Below, piece after piece: positions 28,396 through 37,628 of a stretch of 64,000 bases of DNA; within the stretch, counting starts at the first letter, position 1, and every line of letters starts with the position of its first letter. The stretch is from assembly GCF_004343705.1 (NCBI RefSeq), contig NZ_SKFH01000008.1:1-64000 (forward strand). Reading direction: 5' to 3'. The stretch comes from Flaviaesturariibacter aridisoli. GTDB lineage: Bacteria > Bacteroidota > Bacteroidia > Chitinophagales > Chitinophagaceae. Below the pieces are notes generated by a model. That model saw nothing but the letters and a program-made list of their open reading frames with translations. It searched no databases and was not told where the DNA came from. The position numbers were made by a program, and so were the translations under genes.

Positions 28396-28500
28396 CGCTG
28401 ATGTCGGATTTCTGATGTCGGATTTAGAAAGAGATCGCATTGCGATCTCTTTTTTTTACGCTTACATCAGATATCAGACATCAGCGATTTTTGCCGTTGG
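28396..28500. terminator. large palindrome with central terminator hairpin
   Basis: GATCGCTGATGTCGGATTTCTGATGTCGGATTT / AGAGATCGCATTGCGATCTCT + TTTTTTT / inverted copy of first arm. Confidence 0.6.
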
Positions 28501-28869
28501 CGGTAATGCGGATGAGTATGCGCAAATCCGCTGTGGGCAAAGCTTTTGCTGCTGAGGCAGTTGTTTAGCTATCGTGTAAACGGGATTAAATTGGTCGGTG
28601 GCGGAGAAATACCCGGTCTACTTTAGCAGCAGAAAGAACGCTACCGGGGATGGTAAGGGAGAAGAAAAGAAAAAAGCAAGCAATCGCAGTCTTCGGGTAA
28701 GCAAGCAGAACGCGTTACGTCCTAATTCAAAAATTTCATATAGCAAGCAATCGTTACGTCCGCTGTTTCCACAGGGGACTTTTTGTTGCCACAAGGTTAA
28801 GCCCTTTTTTCGAAGAATCGTTGATAATTTTTTAACATTTCGCCCCATGGCACCCGTACTTTCGCGGGC

Positions 28870-29163
28870 ATGACGCCAGAGGAAAATCGTTTCCGCGCCA
28901 TCGGCGGCGCCTTACCCGGGGCCGAAAGCGGCCAGTTGTTCGGCAAGCCCTGTTTCAAAATGGGCGGTAAGGCCTTTACCTGTTTTTTCCAGAACGAAAT
29001 GGTGTTCAAGCTCACGGGACCGGCCCATGCCGGCGCCCTCGCCGTACCCGGCGCCCGCCTGTTCGATCCTTCCGGCAAGGGCCGTCCCATGAAAGAATGG
29101 GTGCAGGTGCCGCCGGCAGGCGATTGGGAAAAGCTGGCCCGCGTGGCCGCGGGCATTGAATAA
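28870..29163 (+). CDS. small hypothetical protein (97 aa; possibly MmcQ/YjbR-like)
   Basis: ORF in AT-poorer island with preceding low-GC leader; weak family recall. Confidence 0.35.
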   Translation: MTPEENRFRAIGGALPGAESGQLFGKPCFKMGGKAFTCFFQNEMVFKLTGPAHAGALAVPGARLFDPSGKGRPMKEWVQVPPAGDWEKLARVAAGIE

Positions 29164-29237
29164 TGTCTATTGAATAATGTCTATTGTATAACGAGGATGT
29201 TCCCCTTATTCAATATTCAATAGACATTAATGATTAT
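29164..29237. repeat. AT-rich palindromic spacer between convergent genes
   Basis: AATGTCTATTGAATAATGTCTATTG ... CAATAGACATTAATGATTATTCAATAG. Confidence 0.6.
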
Positions 29238-30116
29238 TCAATAGAGCACCGGTCCATACTCCGGCCGCCATTCGTGCTTCCAGCGGCGGTGGCTCCAGAG
29301 CCATAGCTCGGGGTTGGCCGACATCACCTCTTCGAGGTAGCGGGCGTATTGCACCGTCAGCGCGCCCTCCGGCAGCTGCGCCGGGTGCAGCGCCGCGAGC
29401 CGGATGTGGCCTACATAATGCCCCCGGCTCTTCTTGGTAAAGTGCGCGAAGAAAACCGGCAGGTCGTTGCGGCGCGCGGCCATCTCTGGTGTTTTCAGGA
29501 AGCCCGTGGGGCGGCCGAAAAACTCCACCCAAAAGGCCCGTGCGGGAATCGCGGGGCTCTGGTCGGCTACCAGACCGAGAATGTATTGCTTTCCGCGGAA
29601 GGGCAGCATCTCCTCCCGCATGCGCGTGGCCGCCACCAGCTTTACGCCCGACCGCGAGCGGATCTTCCGGAACAGGCGGTCCACCGGCTTCGACTTGATC
29701 GGAAGGTAAACGCCTACGTGGGGCTCCGGCATCAGCGCCGGCACGCCCAGGTTCACCAGCTCCCAGTTGAAGTTGTGGCCCAGGTGGAATTGCACCGAGC
29801 GGCCGTCGCGGTAAACGTCGTGCAGCACCGAGAAGTCGGCCTCGAGGTGCTTCCTGAAAAAACGCGGCGAGGCGCTGATGAACTTGATGGTTTCGATAAA
29901 GGTGTCGGTGAAATTCCGGTAGAATTTTTTAGCGATGGTTACGCGCTCGGCCTCCGTCTTGTGCGGAAAAGCGATGCGGAGGTTATCGAGCACCACCTGC
30001 TTGCGGTAGCCCATAATGTGGTACACCAGCCCATAGGCCGCGTCGGAAAACAGGTACAGCACCCGCAGGGGCAGGAGCGACACCAGGTAGAGGAAGCCGT
30101 ACAGGAGGTAATACAC
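29238..30116 (-). CDS. lysophospholipid/lipid A acyltransferase (LpxL/HtrB family)
   Basis: N-terminal TM anchor, HxxxxD-like region, ~290 aa typical of LpxL-type acyltransferases. Confidence 0.7.
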   Translation of the reverse strand: MYYLLYGFLYLVSLLPLRVLYLFSDAAYGLVYHIMGYRKQVVLDNLRIAFPHKTEAERVTIAKKFYRNFTDTFIETIKFISASPRFFRKHLEADFSVLHDVYRDGRSVQFHLGHNFNWELVNLGVPALMPEPHVGVYLPIKSKPVDRLFRKIRSRSGVKLVAATRMREEMLPFRGKQYILGLVADQSPAIPARAFWVEFFGRPTGFLKTPEMAARRNDLPVFFAHFTKKSRGHYVGHIRLAALHPAQLPEGALTVQYARYLEEVMSANPELWLWSHRRWKHEWRPEYGPVLY

Positions 30117-30198
30117 GGAGCGAAGTTAGCAAGTCGGAAGTCGGAAGTGCGAAGTATTGCTTTTCTTCCGACTTCGCACTTCCGACTTAACTACTTTT

Positions 30199-31857
30199 TT
30201 AGAGGATGATGTTCTGCACCAGCTCTCCGTGTTGCGGGTAATCGGTGTTGTAGTGCAGGCCGCGGCTTTCCTTGCGGAAGGAAGCGCCCTTGGTAACGAG
30301 GTAGCCCACCGTGATCTGGTTGCGCAGCTCGAGCAACTGCGGCGACACCGTAGTACTACGGTACAGGTCCTCGGTCTCGTCGAAGAGGAGGTCGATGCGC
30401 TTCATGGCGCGGGCGAGGCGCACGTTGTTGCGCACGATGCCCACGTAGTCGCTCATCACCTGTTGCAGCTCTTTGAGGCTTTGGGTGATGAGGATCATCT
30501 CCTTCGGCTCGGCGGTGCCCTGGGCGTTCCAGTCGGGGATCGCGGGCAGCTCGGGGAGCGCCTCAAAGCGGCGCACGGCGTCTTCAAAGCAGCGGTGGGC
30601 AAACACCATGGCCTCGAGCAGCGAGTTGGAGGCGAGGCGGTTGGCGCCGTGGAGGCCGGTAGACGCGCATTCGCCGCAGGCATACAGGTTGGCGATGGAG
30701 CTGTGGCCCCATTGGTCGGTCTTGATGCCGCCGCAGCTGTAGTGCGCCGCCGGCGCCACGGGAATCATCGCCGTGGCCACATCGATGCCCAGGGAAAGGC
30801 AGCGCTCGTAGATGTTGGGAAAGTGCTCCTTGAATTTTTCGATATCCATATGGCGGCAGTCGAGCCACACGTGCTCGGTGCCGCCGATTTTCATTTCGCT
30901 GTCGATGGCGCGGGCCACGATGTCGCGCGGGGCGAGGTCCTTGCGGGCGTCGTAGCGCTCCATAAAGGCTTCGCCGGCGCCGTTGCGCAGGATGCCGCCG
31001 TCGCCGCGCACGGCCTCGGTGATGAGAAAGGCCTGCCCGCGCCGGCCGGCCTCGTAGAGCGCCGTGGGGTGAAACTGAATGAACTCCATGTTCTCGATGC
31101 GGCCCTTGGCGCGGTAGACCATGGCCACGCCGTCGCCGGTGGCGATGGCAGGATTGGTGGTGGTACGGTACACCTGGCCGTTGCCGCCGGTGGCCAGCAG
31201 CGTCAGCTTCGACAGCACCTTCTCGATGCGGTTGGTGACCATGTTGAGCACGTATACGCCGTAGCAGCAGATATCGGGCGTGCTTTTCGTAACCAGGTAG
31301 CCGAGGTGGTGTTGGGTGATGATATCCACCACGAAGCAGTGCTTCACGATGTGGATGTTGGGGGTGTTTTCTACCGCGGTGAGCACGGCGCGTTCCATCT
31401 CCTTGCCCGTTACGTCTTTGTAGTGGAGGATGCGGTACTCGGAGTGGCCCCCCTCGCGACCGAGCTTGTAGGAGCCTTCGGCGTCCTTGTCGAACTGGGC
31501 GCCCCAGTCGATGATCTCCTGCACGCGGGCGGGGCCTTCCTTTACCACGATCTCCACCACATTGGGGTCGCAGAGGCCGTCGCCGGCGATGAGTGTGTCT
31601 TCGATGTGCTTGGCGAAGGAATCGTTCTCCAGGTCGTTCACGACGGCGATGCCGCCCTGGGCGTACTTGGTGTTCGTTTCATCCGCCGCCGCCTTGGTGA
31701 TGATGGTCACGCTCCGGTCGGGAAAACGCTGCGCCACCTTGAGCGCGTAAGTGAGGCCGGCGATGCCGGAGCCGATGACGAGGAAGTCGGCCCCGGCCCC
31801 CTGCCCCCCGAAGGGGGCACTTAGGTCAGTACTGTCCGTTATGTTTTGTGCTTTCAT
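30199..31857 (-). CDS. nadB: L-aspartate oxidase
   Basis: DFLVIGSGIAGL FAD fold, RHMDI...HYSCGGI...NRLASNSLLE NadB/SdhA-family motifs. First 12 codons lie in a MITE-like insertion. Confidence 0.85.
   Translation of the reverse strand: MKAQNITDSTDLSAPFGGQGAGADFLVIGSGIAGLTYALKVAQRFPDRSVTIITKAAADETNTKYAQGGIAVVNDLENDSFAKHIEDTLIAGDGLCDPNVVEIVVKEGPARVQEIIDWGAQFDKDAEGSYKLGREGGHSEYRILHYKDVTGKEMERAVLTAVENTPNIHIVKHCFVVDIITQHHLGYLVTKSTPDICCYGVYVLNMVTNRIEKVLSKLTLLATGGNGQVYRTTTNPAIATGDGVAMVYRAKGRIENMEFIQFHPTALYEAGRRGQAFLITEAVRGDGGILRNGAGEAFMERYDARKDLAPRDIVARAIDSEMKIGGTEHVWLDCRHMDIEKFKEHFPNIYERCLSLGIDVATAMIPVAPAAHYSCGGIKTDQWGHSSIANLYACGECASTGLHGANRLASNSLLEAMVFAHRCFEDAVRRFEALPELPAIPDWNAQGTAEPKEMILITQSLKELQQVMSDYVGIVRNNVRLARAMKRIDLLFDETEDLYRSTTVSPQLLELRNQITVGYLVTKGASFRKESRGLHYNTDYPQHGELVQNIIL
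31789..31826. repeat. dispersed repeat copy B (inside 5' end of nadB)
   Basis: GGCCCCGGCCCCCTGCCCCCCGAAGGGGGCACTTAGG; encodes SAPFGGQGAG within nadB. Confidence 0.8.
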
Positions 31858-31952
31858 CTTATGGTAGTTTCAAAAATACAGATGGTTCGCTACGCGAACC
31901 ATCAATTACGCCATTGGAATGAAGACTGATTGAAATAAAGAAGAATGACCGA

Positions 31953-31987
31953 CCAAAGTGCCCCCTTCGGGGGACAGGGGGCCTAAT
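31953..31987. repeat. dispersed repeat copy C (inverted relative to B)
   Basis: Reverse complement TTAGGCCCCCTGTCCCCCGAAGGGGGCACTTTGG. B and C bracket a 126-bp AT-rich segment containing the nadB ATG. Confidence 0.8.
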
Positions 31988-32703
31988 TTAAAAGTTCCTG
32001 CCGCAGCGCCTCGGCGCTTTTCCTGGGTGCGCGGGGTGGGGTGATGTGGTTGAGGAGGCCGAGGGAGAGAAGCAGCTGTGCGACGCCGTAAGTACCGATG
32101 ATCAGCAGGCTGTGGGCGGTGCTTGTTTCTTTCCAGTAAAAACGGGTGAGCGCGAGCACCGAGTCGGAGGCCACGAAGAGGAGGGCGCCACCGAAAAGGA
32201 GGCCCGCGCTGCGCCGGTTCTTGAGACGCACGAGCTGCAGCGCCATCGCCAGCATAAGGGAGATGACGGCGCCATATGCCAGCACCGGCAGGCGCAGCGC
32301 GCCGAGGTGCTCATAGAGCAGGGTGATGAGGCACACGTAGTACGTGGCCACGGGCACGAGCATCAGCGGGCGAAAGCGCAGGCCCTTTTGCTGCCGCAAC
32401 TGGATGAAGGCGATCGCGTAGGCGATCTGCGCCAGCAGGAAAGCGGCGATACCGGCGATGAAGTAGCCTTCGCTGGAGCGCAGCAGGAGCACATCGCCCA
32501 CCCAGGAGGCGGCGAGGGCGGCCAGCAGCAGCACCTTCAGGCGCGTGGTGAAGTGGGGCGTGTTGTTGAGCACCATCCCGATCAGTAGCAGCGTGAGCAG
32601 CGGCTTGCTGAACACGCGCAGGCCGTCGTCGTGCATGAAGATGAACACCCCGTCTACGAGGAGCGCCGCGATGAAGAAGAGGGACCAGTAGAGTCGTTTC
32701 ATA
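31983..32703 (-). CDS. lysoplasmalogenase (YhhN/TMEM86 family) membrane protein
   Basis: Multi-TM, ~240 aa, YhhN-like hydrophobic pattern. Start at MKRLYW. Confidence 0.65.
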
Positions 32704-32773
32704 TCGTGAAGCGTGAGGCGTGAGGCGTGAGGCGTGAGGCGTGAGGCGTGAGGCGTGAGGCGTGAGGCGTGAA
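32704..32773. repeat. heptanucleotide tandem repeat (GCGTGAG)x8-9 abutting start codon
   Basis: Perfect 7-bp repeats 1 bp upstream of the ATG. Inverted partial copy CCCCTCACGCTTCACG at 32876-32893. Confidence 0.9.
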
Positions 32774-32892
32774 AATTTGGGTTACGTAAGGTACTGCTTA
32801 ATCGTAGCAAAAATCATATCCGCGTTAATCATCTCGATCCTATAAAATCTGCGTTCTTTCTCTTCTCACAACTGACCCCTCACGCTTCACGA

Positions 32893-34953
32893 TCATGCTT
32901 CCACCAGCGGCTCCACCCAGGCCCCGGCTTCCTTCAGCAGCCCGATCAGTTCTTCCACGGCCACTTCGCTGGGGACGTTGCGCTTCACCACTTCCTTGCC
33001 TTTATAGAGCGTGATCTTGCCCGGGCCGCTGCCTACGTAGCCGAAGTCGGCGTCGGCCATCTCGCCGGGCCCGTTTACGATGCAGCCCATAATGGCGATC
33101 TTGACGCCCTTCAGGTGGTGGGTCACGGCGCGGATCTTCGCCGTGGTTTCCTGGAGGTCGAAGAGGGTGCGGCCGCAGGAGGGGCAGGAGATGTATTCCG
33201 TTTTGGAAATGCGTGTGCGCGTGGCCTGCAGGATGCTGAAGGCCGTGTTGTTGAGAAACTGGGCGTTGCTGCCCACTTCCATATAGGTGCGGCCTGACAC
33301 GCGGCTGTTGTGCAGCTTCGACGGGTCGTTCATCAGCCACACGCCCTTGCCGATGCCGTCGAGCAGCAGGGTGCCGGCGGTGGTGGCGAAATCGATCAGT
33401 TGTTCGTCGACGGTGCTGCTGTGGCTTTCGGCGCCGATCACGACCGGGAGGCGCGCCGGCAGGGCGGCGACAAAGGCCCGGATATCGGCTGTAGGGTTGG
33501 CGCTGCTGGCATACACGCATAGCACGATTTTGGCGCTGCCGGCTAACAGCGCGCCGAGCGATCCCGGGCTGGTAGCCGAGGCATCTACTGCGATGAAATT
33601 CAGTGCCGCCGCGAAATCCGGCTGCAGGCCGGCGGCGGACGCTTCCAAGAGCTTCGCCGCTTCAAAGAGCGGGTAGTGCCGCTCGAGCTCCGGCTTCCAT
33701 ACCGGGGCGTTGCAGATGACGCCGAGGGTTCCGGGCAGCGCGAAATCAATGACCTTGCTGGCCGTATAGATATAGTCGGCCGCGGAGTCGCCGATGTTCC
33801 ATTTGTCGAGCGCGGCGCTGTAGCGGTAGCCGATGGCGGCAAGGTCTTCCGGAGAAATGCGGTCGGCATGCATGTAGTCGGCAATGACGACGGGGACGGG
33901 GCTGCCAGCGACCGCCTCCCGCACCGACCCATCCTCCCGACCTCCTTCCCACGGGGAAGGAGGGGCAGACCTCACCCCCGACCTCCCGCTTTCGCGGGAC
34001 AGGCTCTCTCCAAAGGAGAGGGGGGCGCTTTGGCTCCCCGCCCCGCCCGGGGAGGGGCTGGGGTTTTTCAACGCTTCTACTTTTTTCACCAGGTCCTTGC
34101 AAACGGGCAGCTCGAACTCGGGGTCTTCGGTGAGCGACACGCGGATGGTGTCGCCGATGCCTTCCTGCAGGAGGGTGCCGATGCCAATGGCGCTCTTGAT
34201 GCGGCCGTCTTCGCCGTCGCCGGCCTCGGTCACGCCGAGGTGCAGCGGGTAGCATTCGCCGAACTCCTGCTCCATGTGCCGCACCAGCAGGCGGTAGGCT
34301 TCCACCATCACGATCGGGTTGGAGCTTTTCATGCTCAGCACGATCTGGTGGTAGTCTTCGGAGCGGGCGATGCGGAGGAATTCCATGGCGCTTTCCACCA
34401 TCCCGATGGCGGTGTCGCCGTAGCGGCTCATGATGCGGTCGGAGAGGGAGCCGTGGTTGGTGCCGATGCGCATGGCGGTGCCGTGCTCTTTGCAGATGCG
34501 CACCAGCGGCGTAAAGCGCTCGCGGATGCGGTCGATCTCTTCGGCGTATTCGGTATCGGTGTATTCGATCTGCTCGAACTTCTTTTTATCGACGTAGTTG
34601 CCCGGGTTCACGCGGACCTTTTCCACGATGCGGGCGGCGATCTCGGCGGCGTTGGGCGTAAAATGGATGTCGGCTACGAGCGGAACGTTGTACCCGCGGC
34701 GGTGCAGCTCGTCGCGGATGACGCGCAGGTTTTCGGCTTCCTTTTTCGAGGGGGCGGTGATGCGCACCAGCTCGGCGCCCGCCTCGATGCAGCGGATCGT
34801 CTGGGCCACGGTGGCCTCGGTGTCCATCGTGTCGGTGGTGGTCATCGTCTGGATCCGGATCGGGTAGTCGCCCCCCAGCCAGAGGTCGCCGATGCGGACG
34901 GGACGGGTGTGGAGCCGCTGGTACGAAGCGGTTTTTTCGGGTTGGGTCTGCAT
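32893..34953 (-). CDS. ispG: 4-hydroxy-3-methylbut-2-en-1-yl diphosphate synthase (flavodoxin), long-form
   Basis: GcpE N-terminal TIM-barrel motifs and C-terminal CPSCGRT...GCIVNGPGE 4Fe-4S motif. Large insert domain as in Bacteroidota/plant-type IspG. Confidence 0.9.
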   Translation of the reverse strand: MQTQPEKTASYQRLHTRPVRIGDLWLGGDYPIRIQTMTTTDTMDTEATVAQTIRCIEAGAELVRITAPSKKEAENLRVIRDELHRRGYNVPLVADIHFTPNAAEIAARIVEKVRVNPGNYVDKKKFEQIEYTDTEYAEEIDRIRERFTPLVRICKEHGTAMRIGTNHGSLSDRIMSRYGDTAIGMVESAMEFLRIARSEDYHQIVLSMKSSNPIVMVEAYRLLVRHMEQEFGECYPLHLGVTEAGDGEDGRIKSAIGIGTLLQEGIGDTIRVSLTEDPEFELPVCKDLVKKVEALKNPSPSPGGAGSQSAPLSFGESLSRESGRSGVRSAPPSPWEGGREDGSVREAVAGSPVPVVIADYMHADRISPEDLAAIGYRYSAALDKWNIGDSAADYIYTASKVIDFALPGTLGVICNAPVWKPELERHYPLFEAAKLLEASAAGLQPDFAAALNFIAVDASATSPGSLGALLAGSAKIVLCVYASSANPTADIRAFVAALPARLPVVIGAESHSSTVDEQLIDFATTAGTLLLDGIGKGVWLMNDPSKLHNSRVSGRTYMEVGSNAQFLNNTAFSILQATRTRISKTEYISCPSCGRTLFDLQETTAKIRAVTHHLKGVKIAIMGCIVNGPGEMADADFGYVGSGPGKITLYKGKEVVKRNVPSEVAVEELIGLLKEAGAWVEPLVEA

Positions 34954-35074
34954 TGGGGCAAAAGTACCGAACGAATCGGTTTAGGGTTTAGAGGTTTAGA
35001 AAGGTTTAGGGGTTTAGAAGGGTTTAGAAAGGTTTGGGGGTGTGCCTGTTCCCTCCTCTTGTCGCAAAATACCC

Positions 35075-35295
35075 CTCCGGCCGGTATTTGCCCCGGTCGG
35101 CATGACGTTCTTGCAGGTCGGCGCCTGTTTGGAGCAAGTCGGCGCCTGTTTATTGAAGGTCGGCATGACGTTATTGCAGGTCGGCAGCTGTTTGGCGATG
35201 CCCGGCAGCTGTTTCGTGTAGGCCGGCAACCGTTCGACGCCTCCCGGCCACCGTTTCGCGTTATCCGCGGAGCGTTTCACGCGTCCCGGCGCCGG
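35075..35295. repeat. tandem array, ~21-bp unit x9-10 (GGTCGGCNNCTGTTT...)
   Basis: Seen directly; produces repeated peptide in spurious ORF 35014..35316. Confidence 0.8.
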
Positions 35296-35378
35296 AAGTA
35301 TCCCGGACGCCCCCAAATCCGAAATCCGAAATCCGAAATCAGAAATCTGAAATCAGAGATCCGACATCCTACATCTCC

Positions 35379-35930
35379 TCACCAGTCCTTATTCGGCTGG
35401 TTCCCCCCGCCTTTGTCTTTTTTGCTCTGCTGCAGCTTCCGCTCCTTGTCCTGCAGTTCCTTGAGCTTGCGGTCCACGTCGTTGTTCTTGTTTTTGTCGT
35501 TGGAGGCGCCGCCGCCGCCGCTGTTCTGCTTCAGTTCCAGCAGGGCCTTCTGCAGGTTTTCGCGGGCTTCCTTGTCGTAGGGAGCGATGCGGAGGGCCGA
35601 TTTATAGGCCTCGATGCTTTGCTCGAGCGCCTTCTGGCGGGTGTATACGACGCCCATATTGTACCAGGCCTTGCTGCGCAGGGAGGCGTTGTTGCCGGGC
35701 GCCGTCAGGGGCGACAACACGGCGAGGGCTTCGTCGTAGCGGTTCTGGCGGATGAGGGCGTTGGCGAGGTTGTACTGCGCCACGGGGTGGTTGCCGGCCT
35801 GGCGGTACTGGTTTTCGGCAAAGGTCCAGTCGGCGTTGCGGTAGGCTTCGTTGCCGGCGCGGATGGCTTCTTGCTGGCCGTTGGCAACGGCGCCGACGGC
35901 GAGGGCGAGGAGCAGCAGGAGGGCTTTCAT
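35379..35930 (-). CDS. tetratricopeptide-repeat protein (BatC-like), secreted
   Basis: Signal peptide, TPR-like YNLANALIRQNRYDEAL repeats, K/E-rich tail. Confidence 0.6.
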   Translation of the reverse strand: MKALLLLLALAVGAVANGQQEAIRAGNEAYRNADWTFAENQYRQAGNHPVAQYNLANALIRQNRYDEALAVLSPLTAPGNNASLRSKAWYNMGVVYTRQKALEQSIEAYKSALRIAPYDKEARENLQKALLELKQNSGGGGASNDKNKNNDVDRKLKELQDKERKLQQSKKDKGGGNQPNKDW

Positions 35931-36940
35931 GCGCGTACTTTTTTACGTTGCGGAATAAAGGCTTCGGCCAGCAGCAGGAGGAGCATCGGGCCCACGAGCC
36001 ATTGGAAATAGGGCTCGTAGCTCAGTTGCGTCTTGTCGATCAGCGGCGTGTTCTTTACCGTCGACAGGCTGGCCAGCAGGGCGCGGGCGGTGCTGGCCGG
36101 CTCGTCGAGGTGGAGGTAGTGGCCCTTGCCGGTGGCGGCCACCTGCTGCAGGAGGGCTTCGTTGAGCTTGGACAGCACGATGTTGCCGCTCTCGTCCTTT
36201 TTGGGCGCTTTTGTCTGCGGGTCGATGATGGTAGTGCCGCCGGCCGACCCGATGCCCACGGTGTTGATCAGCACGCCGTGGTCGGCGAGCTCTTTGGCCT
36301 GCGTGGCGGCATCCTCGTCGTGGGTTTCGCCGTCGGTGAGCAGCAGTACGGTGCGGTAGCGGTTCTCTTCGTTGCCGAAGGTGAGCACGGCCTGCTGGAG
36401 GGCTTCGCCGATGGCGGTGCCCTGGCCGGACACCTGCTGCGGGTTGGCGGTTTCGATAAAGAGCGAGGCGGCGCCGTGGTCGTAGGTGAGGGGCAGCTGG
36501 GCGTAGGCGTGGCCGGCGAATACGATGAGTGCCACGCGGTCGTCGGGGCGGGCCTTCAGCACGGCCTGGAGCATGCTTTTGGCGGCGTCGAGGCGGCTGG
36601 GGGCCACGTCGGTGGCCAGCATGGAGTTGCTTACGTCGAGCAGGAACACCTGGTCGATGCCGGAGCGGGCCTGGAGGTCGCCGGCAGCGGGGCGGCGCGG
36701 GTTGGCCAGGGCCAGCACGCCGAGGGTAAAGGCGAGGGTAAACAGTACAAAACGGACCGTAGCGCGGCCGGGGGCATAATCGGGGAGCACGCGCTTCAGC
36801 GCTTCGGGCTCGCCCAGGGCGCGGAGGGCGCGGGTGCGCCGTACGCGGTACCACCCGTAAAAAAGTAGCAGCAGGGGCACGAGGCCCAGCAGGTACAAGG
36901 CTTCGGGACGTTCCAGCTGCAGGTCGAAGGGAAGGGTCAT
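35927..36940 (-). CDS. VWA domain-containing protein (BatA-like aerotolerance protein)
   Basis: Two N-terminal TM helices then VFLLDVSNSM MIDAS-containing von Willebrand A domain. Confidence 0.75.
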   Translation of the reverse strand: MTLPFDLQLERPEALYLLGLVPLLLLFYGWYRVRRTRALRALGEPEALKRVLPDYAPGRATVRFVLFTLAFTLGVLALANPRRPAAGDLQARSGIDQVFLLDVSNSMLATDVAPSRLDAAKSMLQAVLKARPDDRVALIVFAGHAYAQLPLTYDHGAASLFIETANPQQVSGQGTAIGEALQQAVLTFGNEENRYRTVLLLTDGETHDEDAATQAKELADHGVLINTVGIGSAGGTTIIDPQTKAPKKDESGNIVLSKLNEALLQQVAATGKGHYLHLDEPASTARALLASLSTVKNTPLIDKTQLSYEPYFQWLVGPMLLLLLAEAFIPQRKKVRA

Positions 36941-37036
36941 TGCGGCGCTTTCTGTAAATATCACGCCAAAACGGATTGCGGATTTCAGATCCCGGATTTC
37001 AGATTTCAGATTTTGGAGGCCGGATTCTTATTCAGG

Positions 37037-37490
37037 GCAACCGCTAGCATGCCGGAGGCATGCACGCTCGATAGCCCGGCATACCATGCCGGGATAACGC
37101 GGTTGGCCGATTCGGGGCATGCCGGAGGTATGCGCGATGTGCGGCGATTCCCGGTTTCCGTCCCGGGATTGCATCCCGGGTGGTGAAACGCGCATGCCTC
37201 CGGCATGCATGGGCGCCATCCTTCTTTCCGTCCCGGGATTGCATCCCGGGTTGTGAAACGCGCATGCCTCCGGCATGCAGGGACGCCATCTGTCTTTTCG
37301 TTACCGGGGTTGCATCCCGGGTGGTGAAACGCGCATGCCTCCGGCATGCAGGGATGCCATCCGTCTTTTCGTTACCGGGATTGCATCCCGGGTTGTGAAA
37401 CGCGCATGCCACCGGCATGCATAGATGCCATCCGTCTTTCCGTCCCGGGGTGCATCCCGGGTTGTGAAACGCGCATGCCTCCGGCATGCT
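37037..37490. repeat. tandem array, ~70-bp unit x6-7, each with two hairpin palindromes
   Basis: Unit GCATGCCTCCGGCATGC...CCCGGGATTGCATCCCGGGTTGTGAAACG. Spurious repeated-peptide ORFs on both strands. Confidence 0.9.
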
Positions 37491-37628
37491 CCGAAAAGCG
37501 CGCGAGACAGCAGGCGGGCCGTACACAATGCGTGCATCCGCCACACGAAGCGCCCCGCTTTCGGCGGGGCGTGCATAAAAAATCGGTAAAGACTCCTGAC
37601 TCTTAAATCCTGAATCTGAGATCTGAAT

